From: Thermoproteota archaeon
Lineage (GTDB): Archaea; Korarchaeota; Korarchaeia; Korarchaeales; Korarchaeaceae
Reading direction: 5' to 3'
DNA: 64,000 bases
Assembly: GCA_026986575.1 (NCBI GenBank)
Contig: JALSOH010000004.1
Coordinates: 608,001 to 672,000 of the forward strand
The notes under the pieces were generated by a model. It searched no databases. It saw nothing but the letters and a program-made list of their open reading frames with translations, and was not told where the DNA came from. Numbering within the stretch: the first letter of the stretch is position 1; the number at the start of each line of letters is the position of its first letter. This document shows positions 29,642 through 39,631 of this stretch, in pieces. The position numbers were made by a program, and so were the translations under genes.

Positions 29642-29920
29642 TCACGGCAGCACCACTTCGGTGAGGGGATCCTCGAACTCCACCCTCCTCGGCCTCGGCT
29701 CCACCGACAGCACTTCCGGCAAGGCGGACATCTTCTTCATGACCCACTCCACTTCCTCCGCCCTACCTTCGAGCTCCATACAGGCCACGGCATGCTCATC
29801 CTCGAACTTGGCTTCCATGCCTCTGTAGACCACCTTTCCCCTCCTAGCTATATTCAGGACACGAGTCAACTGATCCAGACCTCCGAACACCTTCACACAC
29901 AACTTGGTCTCGACCCACAT
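29642..29920 (-). CDS. Acetolactate synthase regulatory subunit (single ACT domain)
   Basis: Lies between ilvB and ilv[15 protein letters not shown]...[14 protein letters not shown] pattern. RBS GGAGGTGA before ATG 29920. Confidence 0.8.
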   Translation of the reverse strand: MWVETKLCVKVFGGLDQLTRVLNIARRGKVVYRGMEAKFEDEHAVACMELEGRAEEVEWVMKKMSALPEVLSVEPRPRRVEFEDPLTEVVLP

Positions 29921-29925
29921 GCTGA

Positions 29926-31650
29926 TCACCTCCACTCGAGGCTCACATCCATTCCCGGGGGCAGTATCGCCTGGGTGAGCCACTTCCCAGGCTGAACCCA
30001 CGGGAGGACCACATCCCTCTCATTATCCAAAAGAACATCCAGTATGAGGGGCTCGTTATTCCTGACAGCCCATTTCACTTGCTTCTCAAGGTCATCGTAA
30101 CTCTCAGGCCTCTTGTACTCGATATTGTAGGCGTCAGCCACCTTGGCGAAGTCCGGATTCTCCTTGAACTCCGTGGCTATGATCCTCCTATCGTAAAGGT
30201 ACATCTGCCACTGCTTCACCAGCATGAGAGCCCTGTTATCGAAGATCAACTCGATGAAGGGCAGATCGTAGTCTCTGACCAGCGAGAGGTTGTTCAAAGT
30301 CATCTGGAATGAGCCGTCGCCGTCAATGCAGACCACCTGCCTGTCCCTAGCAGCGAGCTTCGCCCCCAGCGCGGCGGGGATGCCGAAGCCCATGGTCCCC
30401 AGTCCAGCCGATGTTACGAACGTGCCGGGCACGAGGACATCCCAGTGGATCTCCGCCCACATCTGATGTCCTCCGACTCCTGTGACCGTTATGGTATCAT
30501 TGGGAACGGATCTCCTGATGGTCTTCAGGACCCTCCACGGAACTAGCCCGTTGAACTCTTTCTCCCACTCATTTATCGACCTCTCGAATTCCCTCCTTAT
30601 GTGATGGAGCCATGAAACGTACTCCTCTCTCCCCTTAGACTCCACGGATTTAATGACGTCGAGGAGCATCCTAAGTGCGATTCTAGCATCTCCCCTTATA
30701 GCTACGGCTGAGGGGAGGTTCTTTCCAAGCTCACTAGCGTCCAAATCTATGTGTATGATTTTCTTTTCCCTCATCTCGTCGAACCTACCCACGGTCCTGT
30801 CCGAGAACCTAGTTCCCACGGCAAGCACTACGTCTGCGTTGGCGAGAGCAGCGTCAGCCTCAGCTCTACCATGCATCCCAGCTGGACCCATCACTAGAGG
30901 ATGATTGAACGGCACCGAGTTCTTCCCTGGGAGCGTTGTGACCACAGGGGCGAGCATGTACTCAGCCAACCTCAGCACCTCCTCCCAGGCATTAGCCCAG
31001 TATACACCGCCACCGACGAGTATCACGGGCCTCTCAGCCTTCTTGAGTAGCTCAGCTGCCTTCCTAACATCGCCCGAGCTTGGTTCGACTGGTGAGTATT
31101 TGCTGAAATCCACAGGCATGAGCTCCCCGTTCCACTCAACCTTCTTAGTCACTTGGATGTCCCTCGGGAGGTCCACGAGAGTCGGACCAGGTCTTCCCAT
31201 ACTAGCGACCTTGTAGGCAGTTGCGATAGCAGGTAAGACCTCATCAGGCTTCTTAACTTGGTACACGAACTTAGTTATGGGGGCCACGACGCCAAACATG
31301 TCCGTTTCTTGGAACGCGTCTCTACCGAACACTTCAGTAGCTACCTGCCCGGTGAGGGCCATCACAGGGGAGGAATCCATGTAGGCGTTCGCTATCCCGG
31401 TCACCAGATTCGTGGCCCCGGGTCCGGATGTGGCCACCATGACTCCGGGCTTCCTAGAAATTCTCCCGTATGCGTCGGCTGCGTGGGCCGCCCCCTGCTC
31501 GTGCTTGAACATGACGACCTCAATCTCGTCCTTGTACGGGTAAAGGGCATCATAGAGAGGCATTATGGAGCCGCCAATCACACCCATGAGGGTGCTCACA
31601 CCTAATTCCGGTAAAAGAGACGCAATCGCGTCAACGACGCGATCACTCAC
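29926..31650 (-). CDS. ilvB: Acetolactate synthase large subunit
   Basis: KHEQGAAHAADAY, TSGPGATN, DAFQE, GLGTMGFG, IDGDGSF...N TPP motif. Confidence 0.97.
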   Translation of the reverse strand: MSDRVVDAIASLLPELGVSTLMGVIGGSIMPLYDALYPYKDEIEVVMFKHEQGAAHAADAYGRISRKPGVMVATSGPGATNLVTGIANAYMDSSPVMALTGQVATEVFGRDAFQETDMFGVVAPITKFVYQVKKPDEVLPAIATAYKVASMGRPGPTLVDLPRDIQVTKKVEWNGELMPVDFSKYSPVEPSSGDVRKAAELLKKAERPVILVGGGVYWANAWEEVLRLAEYMLAPVVTTLPGKNSVPFNHPLVMGPAGMHGRAEADAALANADVVLAVGTRFSDRTVGRFDEMREKKIIHIDLDASELGKNLPSAVAIRGDARIALRMLLDVIKSVESKGREEYVSWLHHIRREFERSINEWEKEFNGLVPWRVLKTIRRSVPNDTITVTGVGGHQMWAEIHWDVLVPGTFVTSAGLGTMGFGIPAALGAKLAARDRQVVCIDGDGSFQMTLNNLSLVRDYDLPFIELIFDNRALMLVKQWQMYLYDRRIIATEFKENPDFAKVADAYNIEYKRPESYDDLEKQVKWAVRNNEPLILDVLLDNERDVVLPWVQPGKWLTQAILPPGMDVSLEWR

Positions 31651-31688
31651 TGGAGACCTGCTAGTTGGATCAACAATCCCACCCTATA

Positions 31689-31709
31689 GAGGTTTGGGCT
31701 CCAAACCTC
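31689..31709. promoter_or_regulatory. Perfect palindrome GAGGTTTGG-GCT-CCAAACCTC between ilvB TATA box and start
   Basis: 9-bp arms. Minus-strand TATA (CTTTATATTTA) at ~31713-31723. Confidence 0.65.
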
Positions 31710-31900
31710 GTGTAAATATAAAGATTACTACTCAGCACCGCATGAGCTGCTGCATCTTCGAGATACAAGGTATATCCTCCAGCTTTGTATAATGAAATCA
31801 CATTTACGAATGATGAGAGTAAGAGCCTGATTCTCACGACTATGAGGATTTAAGGACGAAACCGTCCACCTCTCATTTAGCAGGTATCCTCATTTCCCCA

Positions 31901-32353
31901 CGCGATGGTATCTTCAAGCAGGCTGTCACCCTGAATTTCGAGAAGTTACGTTTCAAAATAGCGATCATGCTTTTGGAAGTCGATACCATTGAGGATTTAA
32001 GGGAGATAGCGAGTAGGTTCGAGGGCTGTCCAACTATTTCAAGGGAGGGGTTCCCTTAACTTGATCGCGGTCATGGTTGTGGAGAACGAGGAGGTCCCGA
32101 ACTCAATAACGGGTACTTGCATGATCAGGGCATACAAAGGGAGTAAGGAGGAGCGAGATAGTGGAAATAGCTGAGCCCCTAGTGAATCCCTACCTCCCAA
32201 TAAAGGTGCCTAGGGATGGATATAGAATCGGCTCCTTGCAGTGCAGAATGCTTCTCATGTCCGAGGTATGTAGAGGAATCGTGCCCTGGATGTCCCAGCT
32301 TCTTGGGATACAGGAAGGCCGCTTTCGCTTACCGTGACGGGGATGGAATCTAA
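31901..32353 (+). pseudogene. Lrp/AsnC-family regulator with Cys-rich C-terminus, HTH lost, >=3 frameshifts
   Basis: Fragments: LNFEKLRFKIAIMLLEV..RFEGCP; NLIAVMVVEN; GVRRSEIVEI..NPYLPI; APCSAECFSCPRYVEESCPGCP. Confidence 0.7.
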
Positions 32354-32409
32354 TGTATCATTGTACCGCTGGAAATCTCTTTATAACGCGACACCGGCTC
32401 CCCCTAGCT

Positions 32410-33003
32410 ATGGGGAGGCTTCTCAAGCTTTGGGGACTAACGGGCCTTATTTCCCTTGCCGTAGCTCTGACCACCATATTCTTATGCTGGTACTTGAATC
32501 CTTGGTTCGACTTCTGGAGGGATGCGTTCAGCGATTTCGGGGTCTCTAGAGCCTGCTGCCCATGGCTCTACAATTATGGGCTGATTGCCTCCGCATTCTT
32601 CCTCTCGATCTACTCCCTGTTTATACTCAGGGTATCTAGAAGAAAGCTGGAATCTTTCTCAAGCGGTCTCCTCTTCACAGCCTCCATCTTCTTGGCTCTC
32701 ATAGGAGTGTTCCCTGGAGGGACGAGGCCCCACACTTTTGTATCTACATGGTTCTTCGTCCAAGCGTTCATGAGTTTGACCGTCTTGGGCGTCGCCCTCA
32801 TCGTTGATGGACATGCTAAGGGGATGTTTGTGGCCCTTATATCTGGCTTGGCGCCTATCTTGGCTATATTAGTGGATTTGACGGTAAGATAGCCTTCGGC
32901 TGCTGTTGCCGAGGCTGTCGGGATCCTGATAATTGGAGTGTCTGTCTTCACGATCACTCCTCATTACTTGAACATCACGGACGGAAATGAATGTCCCCCC
33001 TAG
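32410..33003 (+). pseudogene. DUF998 membrane protein interrupted by in-frame TAG at 32890
   Basis: NPWFDFWRDAFSDFG, LALIGVFP, HTFVSTWFF. The frame continues 36 codons past the TAG (PSAAVAEAVGILII...), giving a final TM helix. Confidence 0.7.
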
Positions 33004-33216
33004 AAGAATACTAGGATCTCTCCAAGAGCACTTCCATCCGAGTCCGATTAGGTTCCCCAGACGGTAACTTGAGGAGGAATAACTAATTAGACTATTTTGG
33101 GGAGATAGACCAAACACGAATCAGTCATCCTAAGATATAGAATCAGGGATATGTCTCCGTTTCAGAATGATCGATAATGTATTAGCAATGAGCCACATCC
33201 AGCTATCGGGGGGCAT

Positions 33217-33870
33217 ATGGGTAGGAGGACTATCATCGCAATACTCTTCGCCCCATTCATGCTCAACCTGATCGCCTCGTTTCTCATATACTCAATGGTG
33301 CCACATAATATCTGGAGTTTGAACCCAGAAGAGGCGATGAAAGAGCTTTACGTCCTCATATGGAGCTACCAATCCCTCTTCATGATAGCGATCCAGGTGT
33401 CCTTCGGGCTAGCCCTGTTCACTAGAACTAGAGTAGCATACGACCTGAGGAGAGGAGATGTATTGCTGATCGCTTCATTGGTACTATTAGCAGAACTCTT
33501 ATTCTTTATGGAGAACGCTATTCAGCCCTACGGATATGAGTGGTTCCTAGATGTGATACGCAGGATCCCCGCGTGGGCCAAGTACATGAATTTCCTAGTG
33601 GCTCCATTTACCGCCGGCATATTCGAGGAGATCATATGGAGGGGATTTGGAATAGAGAGCTTGGAAAGATTCACTTCAGAGAGAAAAGCGGTCCTAGTCC
33701 AGGCCATAGCCTTTGCACTGTGGCACATATCCCCTATACACGCGATCTTCGTGTTCTTCATAGGTCTGGCCTATGGCTTTGCTTTCGTTAAGAGGAGAAG
33801 CTTGGCCCCTCTGATAATCGCCCATGTTCTGACGGACTTGATGGGGTTCTCCGTATTCATTTTCGCATGA
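33217..33870 (+). CDS. CPBP (CAAX/Abi) intramembrane metalloprotease
   Basis: EEIIWRG, FALWH, IIAHVLTD. Confidence 0.9.
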   Translation: MGRRTIIAILFAPFMLNLIASFLIYSMVPHNIWSLNPEEAMKELYVLIWSYQSLFMIAIQVSFGLALFTRTRVAYDLRRGDVLLIASLVLLAELLFFMENAIQPYGYEWFLDVIRRIPAWAKYMNFLVAPFTAGIFEEIIWRGFGIESLERFTSERKAVLVQAIAFALWHISPIHAIFVFFIGLAYGFAFVKRRSLAPLIIAHVLTDLMGFSVFIFA

Positions 33871-33930
33871 AAGATGCATCGTGGATGAGTATCTATTTCC
33901 ATCAAGGGGGTGAAGTATAACATCTCCTAG

Positions 33931-35250
33931 CTAGCTAGTATAGAAGCCACTGGATGGCTGAACTTCACTCCTCAATCCCATGACCCATTTCCAGAATGGA
34001 ATGATCTCAAATCCTTTCTCATCACCCTCTTGATCCCACGTAAAGACGGAAACCTCCTTACAAGCTAATTTCTCCTTAGCTCTCGCTAAAGAACCGAGCT
34101 CTCTCTTTCTCTGTTCAGAATCTCCCGGAACCAACTCCCAAGTTACTTGCAGACATCTCTCTATCCTCCCCGCTCGATCCGTTAGGATAAAATCCACCTC
34201 TCCTTTGGAATCCTCCCAATAAAATAGGTTCTCTCCCTCCCTGTACCCCCTCCTCCTGAGCTCTAGGAATACCAAGCTCTCCAAGAGCCTTCCTCTACCA
34301 GCCTTACCCAAGTATAAGCCATTATCAACTAGATATATCTTTGGAACGCTTCCCAAAACCGTCTTATACGTGGGGGAGTACTTTGGGAGAGTGAAGACGA
34401 TCATGGCATCCTTCAAGTACTCTAAATACTGGTAGACAGTGTTCTTACTTATCTTGATCCCCATTGACTTAAAGTAGCGGTACAGCGCATGTACCGATAG
34501 CTTTGTAGAGGATCTAATAGCATTCAGTAGCACCCTGAGAGCCCTGATGTTCCTTATCCTCCACCTCTCCACAATATCCCTAGCGACCGTCACCTCCCAT
34601 ATCTCTCTGAGTATCTTTTCCTTCTGCTTCGGCTCTAATACGGCTTCCGGGTAGCCTCCCCATTCCATATATTCCCTCACGAGTGATAAGATCTTAGATT
34701 TCATCAAGGACGAAACTGGCTCCCTCCTCATCTCAAATCCCCTAGCTGCTAGGAACTCCCTAAAGGAGAAAGGAAGGAGCTCTACTGTTATGGATCTTCC
34801 CCTAAGATGAGTTGCCACCTCGAGTGATAGGAGTTTTGAGGAGGACCCAGTAACGACGACCCTAGCCCCTCTATCGAGAAGATTCCTCACTGCCCTCTCC
34901 CATCCCTCAACACTTTGGACCTCATCTAGGAGAACCCAACGGGAGCTGATAGTAGGGTAAAGCTCTAAATGGAGGAGATATAACTCAATTAGATCCTTCC
35001 ACGTCGATTCGCTTAATCTATAATCCTCTAAGTTTACGTAGAGTACAGATTCTCTAGGGTTCTCCTTGGATAAGTCAGAGATTGCCTGAAATAAAAGGTA
35101 GGTTTTCCCGGCTCTTCTAGGGCCTACGACTGCTATAGCTCTATTCACACTCATTTTAAGGGGCAGGGAGACCTCCCTTCTCACTAGGTCAGGCGGCCTC
35201 AGCTCAACGGAATCTGCTAATACCTCCTCTAGGACGGATCTGCTGACCAC
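33931..35250 (-). CDS. AAA_14/DUF4143 ATP-binding protein with HTH and PD-(D/E)xK-like tail
   Basis: GPRRAGKT, LLDEVQ, VTGSSS, GGYPE, KIYLVDNG, GEVDF. Confidence 0.92.
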   Translation of the reverse strand: MVSRSVLEEVLADSVELRPPDLVRREVSLPLKMSVNRAIAVVGPRRAGKTYLLFQAISDLSKENPRESVLYVNLEDYRLSESTWKDLIELYLLHLELYPTISSRWVLLDEVQSVEGWERAVRNLLDRGARVVVTGSSSKLLSLEVATHLRGRSITVELLPFSFREFLAARGFEMRREPVSSLMKSKILSLVREYMEWGGYPEAVLEPKQKEKILREIWEVTVARDIVERWRIRNIRALRVLLNAIRSSTKLSVHALYRYFKSMGIKISKNTVYQYLEYLKDAMIVFTLPKYSPTYKTVLGSVPKIYLVDNGLYLGKAGRGRLLESLVFLELRRRGYREGENLFYWEDSKGEVDFILTDRAGRIERCLQVTWELVPGDSEQRKRELGSLARAKEKLACKEVSVFTWDQEGDEKGFEIIPFWKWVMGLRSEVQPSSGFYTS

Positions 35251-35257
35251 AATATCC

Positions 35258-35309
35258 CCCTATATGGAGGGAAATTTATCATATAATCTTTCCCTATATA
35301 GAGGGAAAT
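35258..35309. promoter_or_regulatory. Two copies of an 18-bp near-palindromic operator CCCTATAT(G/A)GAGGGAAAT
   Basis: 35258-35275 and 35292-35309, 17/18 identical, 34-bp spacing, immediately upstream of the AAA_14 gene. Confidence 0.7.
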
Positions 35310-35587
35310 ACAGACTAGGCTACTCAGCTAACGCGGACTTAACCTTGGTACACCAACAAGTAGCCACGAGACCGAATATGCAATGCGGCTGGCAGTGAAG
35401 TGGCCTTTCCTTGATGCTATTGATGGAACGCTTCGAAATCGCACAGCAGTACTCGCTCTCAGGATAAATACTCTAAGTGCTGCGACGTGATTCCTCATCG
35501 AGGCGTTCATCAACTTTGACAATCCTTGAGTCAACGTAACCGGCGCATCCCGAGAAGGAGATCCTATCCCCCAGCTGGTGCAGCCCA

Positions 35588-35983
35588 TCACTCATGGGAG
35601 TGATAACCAATGGTCTCCATTAAGCACCTGCCCCATATCACATTTATCCCGGCCTTCAAGCACTCTTTAATTACTTCTTCATCCTCAGAGCCCGGTTGAA
35701 ACCATATCATCTTTATTCCCATCCGTATTGCATCTCTCACCACCTCCCTGGCCACAGCGGGGGGAACAACGAGATCCACTAGATCGGGCTTTTCTGGTAG
35801 ACTTTTCAGATCAGGATAAGCTTTATCACCGTCTATTTCCCCAGCTCTAGGGTTCACCGGATATACTTTCCTGTAATATCTCTTGAAAAATCTGTAGAGC
35901 TTGTAACCCCACTTCTTCGGGTTCCTAGATGCCCCTACCACGGCGACTGTGTTCTCCCTCCTCAGAAAAGGCTCTAAGTTCAA
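35588..35983 (-). CDS. CoA-binding protein (YccU-like)
   Basis: VAVVGASRNP, VYPVNP, IWFQPG, RCLM. Confidence 0.92.
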   Translation of the reverse strand: MNLEPFLRRENTVAVVGASRNPKKWGYKLYRFFKRYYRKVYPVNPRAGEIDGDKAYPDLKSLPEKPDLVDLVVPPAVAREVVRDAIRMGIKMIWFQPGSEDEEVIKECLKAGINVIWGRCLMETIGYHSHE

Positions 35984-35992
35984 GTGATCACC

Positions 35993-37429
35993 TCACTCGA
36001 GTTCCTTCAGGATCTTCTTGACCGTTTTCAGCCTCTTCTCCAGAGCCTTTATCTCCCTCTGGAGCCTCCATATCCTCCATTTAACGGCCATCCTCCTCAA
36101 CGGGTTGACCCTCTTAGATGAAAGTGCCTCCACGATGTTCCTCCTGTCCTCTATCGCCGCCTCCAATACGAGGCTCGCCTCCACGGCTTCTCTCCTATAG
36201 GGCTCCAAGTCTTCCTCTAAGAGACCGAGCTCTTTCTCGTACTCTTCCTTGAGCATCTGATATACCGCCTCATCCATGACCTCCTTCCTGCCCTCCAAGG
36301 TGCTGAGCAAGTCCCTCATTTCATTCCTCCTCTTAACCAAGTCCTTAACTACATCTGACCTCAGTCTGGCCGGAGGTAGGGACCATATCTCAGGAGATCT
36401 GACTGAAATCCTCTTAGTTCCTCTTTCCTTAGCCTTGACTCTAGATTTGGAGGTTCTCTTTACGACGTTCCTCTTCTCACTTCTTCCTCTTCTCTCCTCT
36501 CCCTCTATCTTCTCCTCTGTCACCTCATCCTTCAACTTCCTTCCTGCATCCTCGGTCTCGGATACGGTGATCTCCGTCTGGATCGAGAGGAACCTGACTA
36601 CCTCTTGCAAGCTGGGAGGAGGTCTTGGCTTGGGATTCGGGGTGGAACCTAGGTGGGCGCTCTTGACACTGCCTACTTTCACGAAGCCGGGCTTGAAGGT
36701 GAAGGGTCCCTCCACATAAGCCACTCCCCTCTCGAGGCTGCTTATCCTAGAGGCCACGTCCTTGTTGAGCCCTAGATACTGGACCACAGCGGACAGGTCC
36801 CTGATGTACTCTACCCTCAGGATGATCTTGTTCTCAGCCTGACTGAGCAAAGTCTTCGAAACCAGCTGAGGCCTCTGGGTCGAGAACATGAGACCTATGC
36901 CCTTCTTTCTCCCCCTGGTTGCCAGCGTATTCAGCCACGTTAGCGTGCTCATCGCCCCCTTGCCCAAGGTGCTGCCAGCTCCTTTCTCAGGAGCTAGCTC
37001 CTTGGCCTCATCCACCACGACCAGAAACCCATCGGAGCTTCCTATCTTCATCAGACCCTCGATGATCCCAGCTGCTAACTTAGTAGAAGTATCCGGCTTG
37101 TACTTGGACATGTCGAGGATGAAGCTGACTCCCTTGACAGCCACCTGAGCTAATCTACTCGGGGAGGCCTTCGTGAGGTCTACATCCCCATCAGGAGATA
37201 TAATCAGCATGTCGAACACATCAGCTAGGGAGGTGTGCTCCCCCTCCGGGTCTATGATGCCTACGGGATAGCCTCTCTCTAGTAGCTCCTCCACCACCTT
37301 CCTTATAGTCCAAGACTTACCGTAACCGGTTTTGGCTATGACAGCGGTTCTTCCGGTCACAAGCTCGGCTATTTTCAATTTAAATTCTCTGCTGCTGTCG
37401 ACTTCTTGTCCTAGTACTATAGTATCCAT
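35993..37429 (-). CDS. HerA/DUF87-like P-loop ATPase with C-terminal coiled coil
   Basis: AKTGYGKS, IIDPEGEH, VVDEAKELAP, RGRKKGIGLMFSTQRP. Confidence 0.85.
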   Translation of the reverse strand: MDTIVLGQEVDSSREFKLKIAELVTGRTAVIAKTGYGKSWTIRKVVEELLERGYPVGIIDPEGEHTSLADVFDMLIISPDGDVDLTKASPSRLAQVAVKGVSFILDMSKYKPDTSTKLAAGIIEGLMKIGSSDGFLVVVDEAKELAPEKGAGSTLGKGAMSTLTWLNTLATRGRKKGIGLMFSTQRPQLVSKTLLSQAENKIILRVEYIRDLSAVVQYLGLNKDVASRISSLERGVAYVEGPFTFKPGFVKVGSVKSAHLGSTPNPKPRPPPSLQEVVRFLSIQTEITVSETEDAGRKLKDEVTEEKIEGEERRGRSEKRNVVKRTSKSRVKAKERGTKRISVRSPEIWSLPPARLRSDVVKDLVKRRNEMRDLLSTLEGRKEVMDEAVYQMLKEEYEKELGLLEEDLEPYRREAVEASLVLEAAIEDRRNIVEALSSKRVNPLRRMAVKWRIWRLQREIKALEKRLKTVKKILKELE

Positions 37430-37613
37430 CGTAAGCCAATTCTTCTTGGGGATATATAAGAGGACTGCTACTAAGGTTAAGACAAGAGGATCAAATAAAA
37501 TTAGATCCTCCTAAGTTAACTTCGTGAACTACCAGTTTCGCGTAACGATTTTAAGTTATACCATGCGTCAAGATATTACAACGATGGGATCTCCCATCTA
37601 GGGAGGCCTGAAT

Positions 37614-39566
37614 ATGAGGAAGATGTTCTGGTTACCGATCCTGTCCATAGCCGCGCTAACATTGGCGTTTGCTTTACTGCCAGTGCTAGCCAATCCAAGC
37701 GGAGTGGGTTTCGGAGACGCTCAGAGCGTTGAGGCAACCGCACAAGAAGCTTTAGCCAAGGTGAGTCCGGAAACGAAAGCCTGTTTGAATTGCCACGCGG
37801 ACCCCAACACGGTCAAGATGCAGATCCCGTATTACGACTGGTTGAGGAGCAAACACGCATGGCATACTCCAGATGAGCTGGAAGCTTATTACAGGGATAT
37901 CTTTGGGGAGGACGCCCACCTGGCCAGTAAGTTCAAGGGATATCCTTACGTGGTTGGTTGCTATGAATGCCATGGTATGTTCGCCGATTCTGATAGGGCT
38001 GATGTCGTAGAACATAACGGCTTCAAGATAGTCGTTGATGTAACCCCGAAAGACTGTCAACAGTGTCACTACAAAGAGACCAAAGAAATGAGTTGGAGCA
38101 AGCATTCTTTCGCTGCTCTGAATGCAAATCTCAAGCCTTGGTATACCCTAGTGCTTCAAAAGACTTACGGGGACGCTGCCAAAGCCGAATATGATAAGAT
38201 TTTCAAAGATGTGGTCGAATGGCCCTTCTACAAGAAGTATGCTGAGGACTTCTACAATGGAGATGAGAAAGCTGTAAACGCCAGTAAATACTACTTCTAC
38301 GGGGATAAGTTCAAATTCCTCACAGGACTTTACCCGTCCCACGGCATGCTGACCCATGCGGTCACCAATTTTACCGCTAACTACTTAGGAGTAGATTACC
38401 ACTTCATAATGGAGCATCCCAAGTACAACAACAGCTACGTTTACCTAGCATGTATGGAGTGTCATGGTAGTGCTGTTCTCCCAGCCAAGCCCAATGCGAT
38501 AGTAGGTCTCGATGCACCATATGCCAAGGTATATGGAACTCCCGATATGGTGCTGCTTGGATGGCCTAACAATGGGGCCGGCAGGATAAATCCCGATGGA
38601 AGTTTGGGAAGCTGTGCTACGTGTCACACCAGACATACTTTCAGCATCTCCGAGGCGAGGAAGCCCCATACTTGTGGTCAGTGTCATTTAGGGTACGATC
38701 ATCCACAGATAGAGATATATGAGGAGAGCAAACACGGAAACATCTACGACTCGGAAGGAGAGGAATGGAATTGGAGTAACCTGCCATGGAGACCAGGAAT
38801 AGACTTCAGAGCCCCGACATGCGCTACCTGTCACATGAGCCACTTGGTCGATAAGAATGGTAAGGTGATAGTAGCAGGTACTCACGACTTAGGAGCTAGG
38901 CTGACTTGGGAAATTCAGGCCAAATGGAGCTTTGGACAGACTTATTATCCAGATCCATTGAACTCCGGCTTCGCGAAGAAGAGACCGGACTGGAAGAATC
39001 CACTTACAATGGGTAATGCTGCTCTCTCATCCCCTGATAATCCGAGAGGAAGGATGATGAGTGTATGCAAGACATGCCACTCAAGCGACTGGGTATACTC
39101 CTACTTCACATGGTACGACAGTGTGAACATGGATTATAACATAACGTGGAACTACGCTCTCTCATTACTCAAGAAGGCCTATAAAGAGGGCATCCAAGTT
39201 AACAGAGCCGGGGAAATAATAATGAACAGGAAAGCCCTTCCGGGAGATCTGGACGAGTACATGGAGATAATGACCTACTACATATGGCACCACGAGGGTC
39301 GGAGGTGGAGGATGGGAGCCTCCATGATGGGCCCCGACTACACACACTGGCTCGGAATAGTCGACACGGTCATGGATAAGCTGGGAAGAATGACTACTTA
39401 CTATGAGACACAGCTCAAGATGAAACAGCTCGAGAGTAAGATAGAGAAGATGTCAGGGACTGGAATAGGCACAGGAGTTAACATGTTCACCTTCATAGCT
39501 ACCGTGCTCTCACTAGTTGCGATAGTCTTAGTCCTCATCGACATCTTGGTAAGGAGAAGGAAGTAA
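37614..39566 (+). CDS. Octaheme c-type cytochrome, hydroxylamine oxidoreductase (HAO) family, membrane-anchored
   Basis: Signal peptide and 8 CxxCH motifs (CLNCH, CYECH, CQQCH, CMECH, CATCH, CGQCH, CATCH, CKTCH). GRINPDGSLGSC, GYDHPQIEIY, WHHEGRR..MGPDYTHW. C-terminal TM + RRRK. Confidence 0.93.
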   Translation: MRKMFWLPILSIAALTLAFALLPVLANPSGVGFGDAQSVEATAQEALAKVSPETKACLNCHADPNTVKMQIPYYDWLRSKHAWHTPDELEAYYRDIFGEDAHLASKFKGYPYVVGCYECHGMFADSDRADVVEHNGFKIVVDVTPKDCQQCHYKETKEMSWSKHSFAALNANLKPWYTLVLQKTYGDAAKAEYDKIFKDVVEWPFYKKYAEDFYNGDEKAVNASKYYFYGDKFKFLTGLYPSHGMLTHAVTNFTANYLGVDYHFIMEHPKYNNSYVYLACMECHGSAVLPAKPNAIVGLDAPYAKVYGTPDMVLLGWPNNGAGRINPDGSLGSCATCHTRHTFSISEARKPHTCGQCHLGYDHPQIEIYEESKHGNIYDSEGEEWNWSNLPWRPGIDFRAPTCATCHMSHLVDKNGKVIVAGTHDLGARLTWEIQAKWSFGQTYYPDPLNSGFAKKRPDWKNPLTMGNAALSSPDNPRGRMMSVCKTCHSSDWVYSYFTWYDSVNMDYNITWNYALSLLKKAYKEGIQVNRAGEIIMNRKALPGDLDEYMEIMTYYIWHHEGRRWRMGASMMGPDYTHWLGIVDTVMDKLGRMTTYYETQLKMKQLESKIEKMSGTGIGTGVNMFTFIATVLSLVAIVLVLIDILVRRRK

Positions 39567-39631
39567 GTGAGAATGAGCTAACTTCCCAACCAAACATTAT
39601 TTTTTATTTCGTCGCACGAGGGGTCTCCTCA

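Noticed and set aside
35328-35591. 87-aa minus-strand ORF
   Set aside because: Atypical composition and no motif in any frame. Probably degenerate or non-coding.
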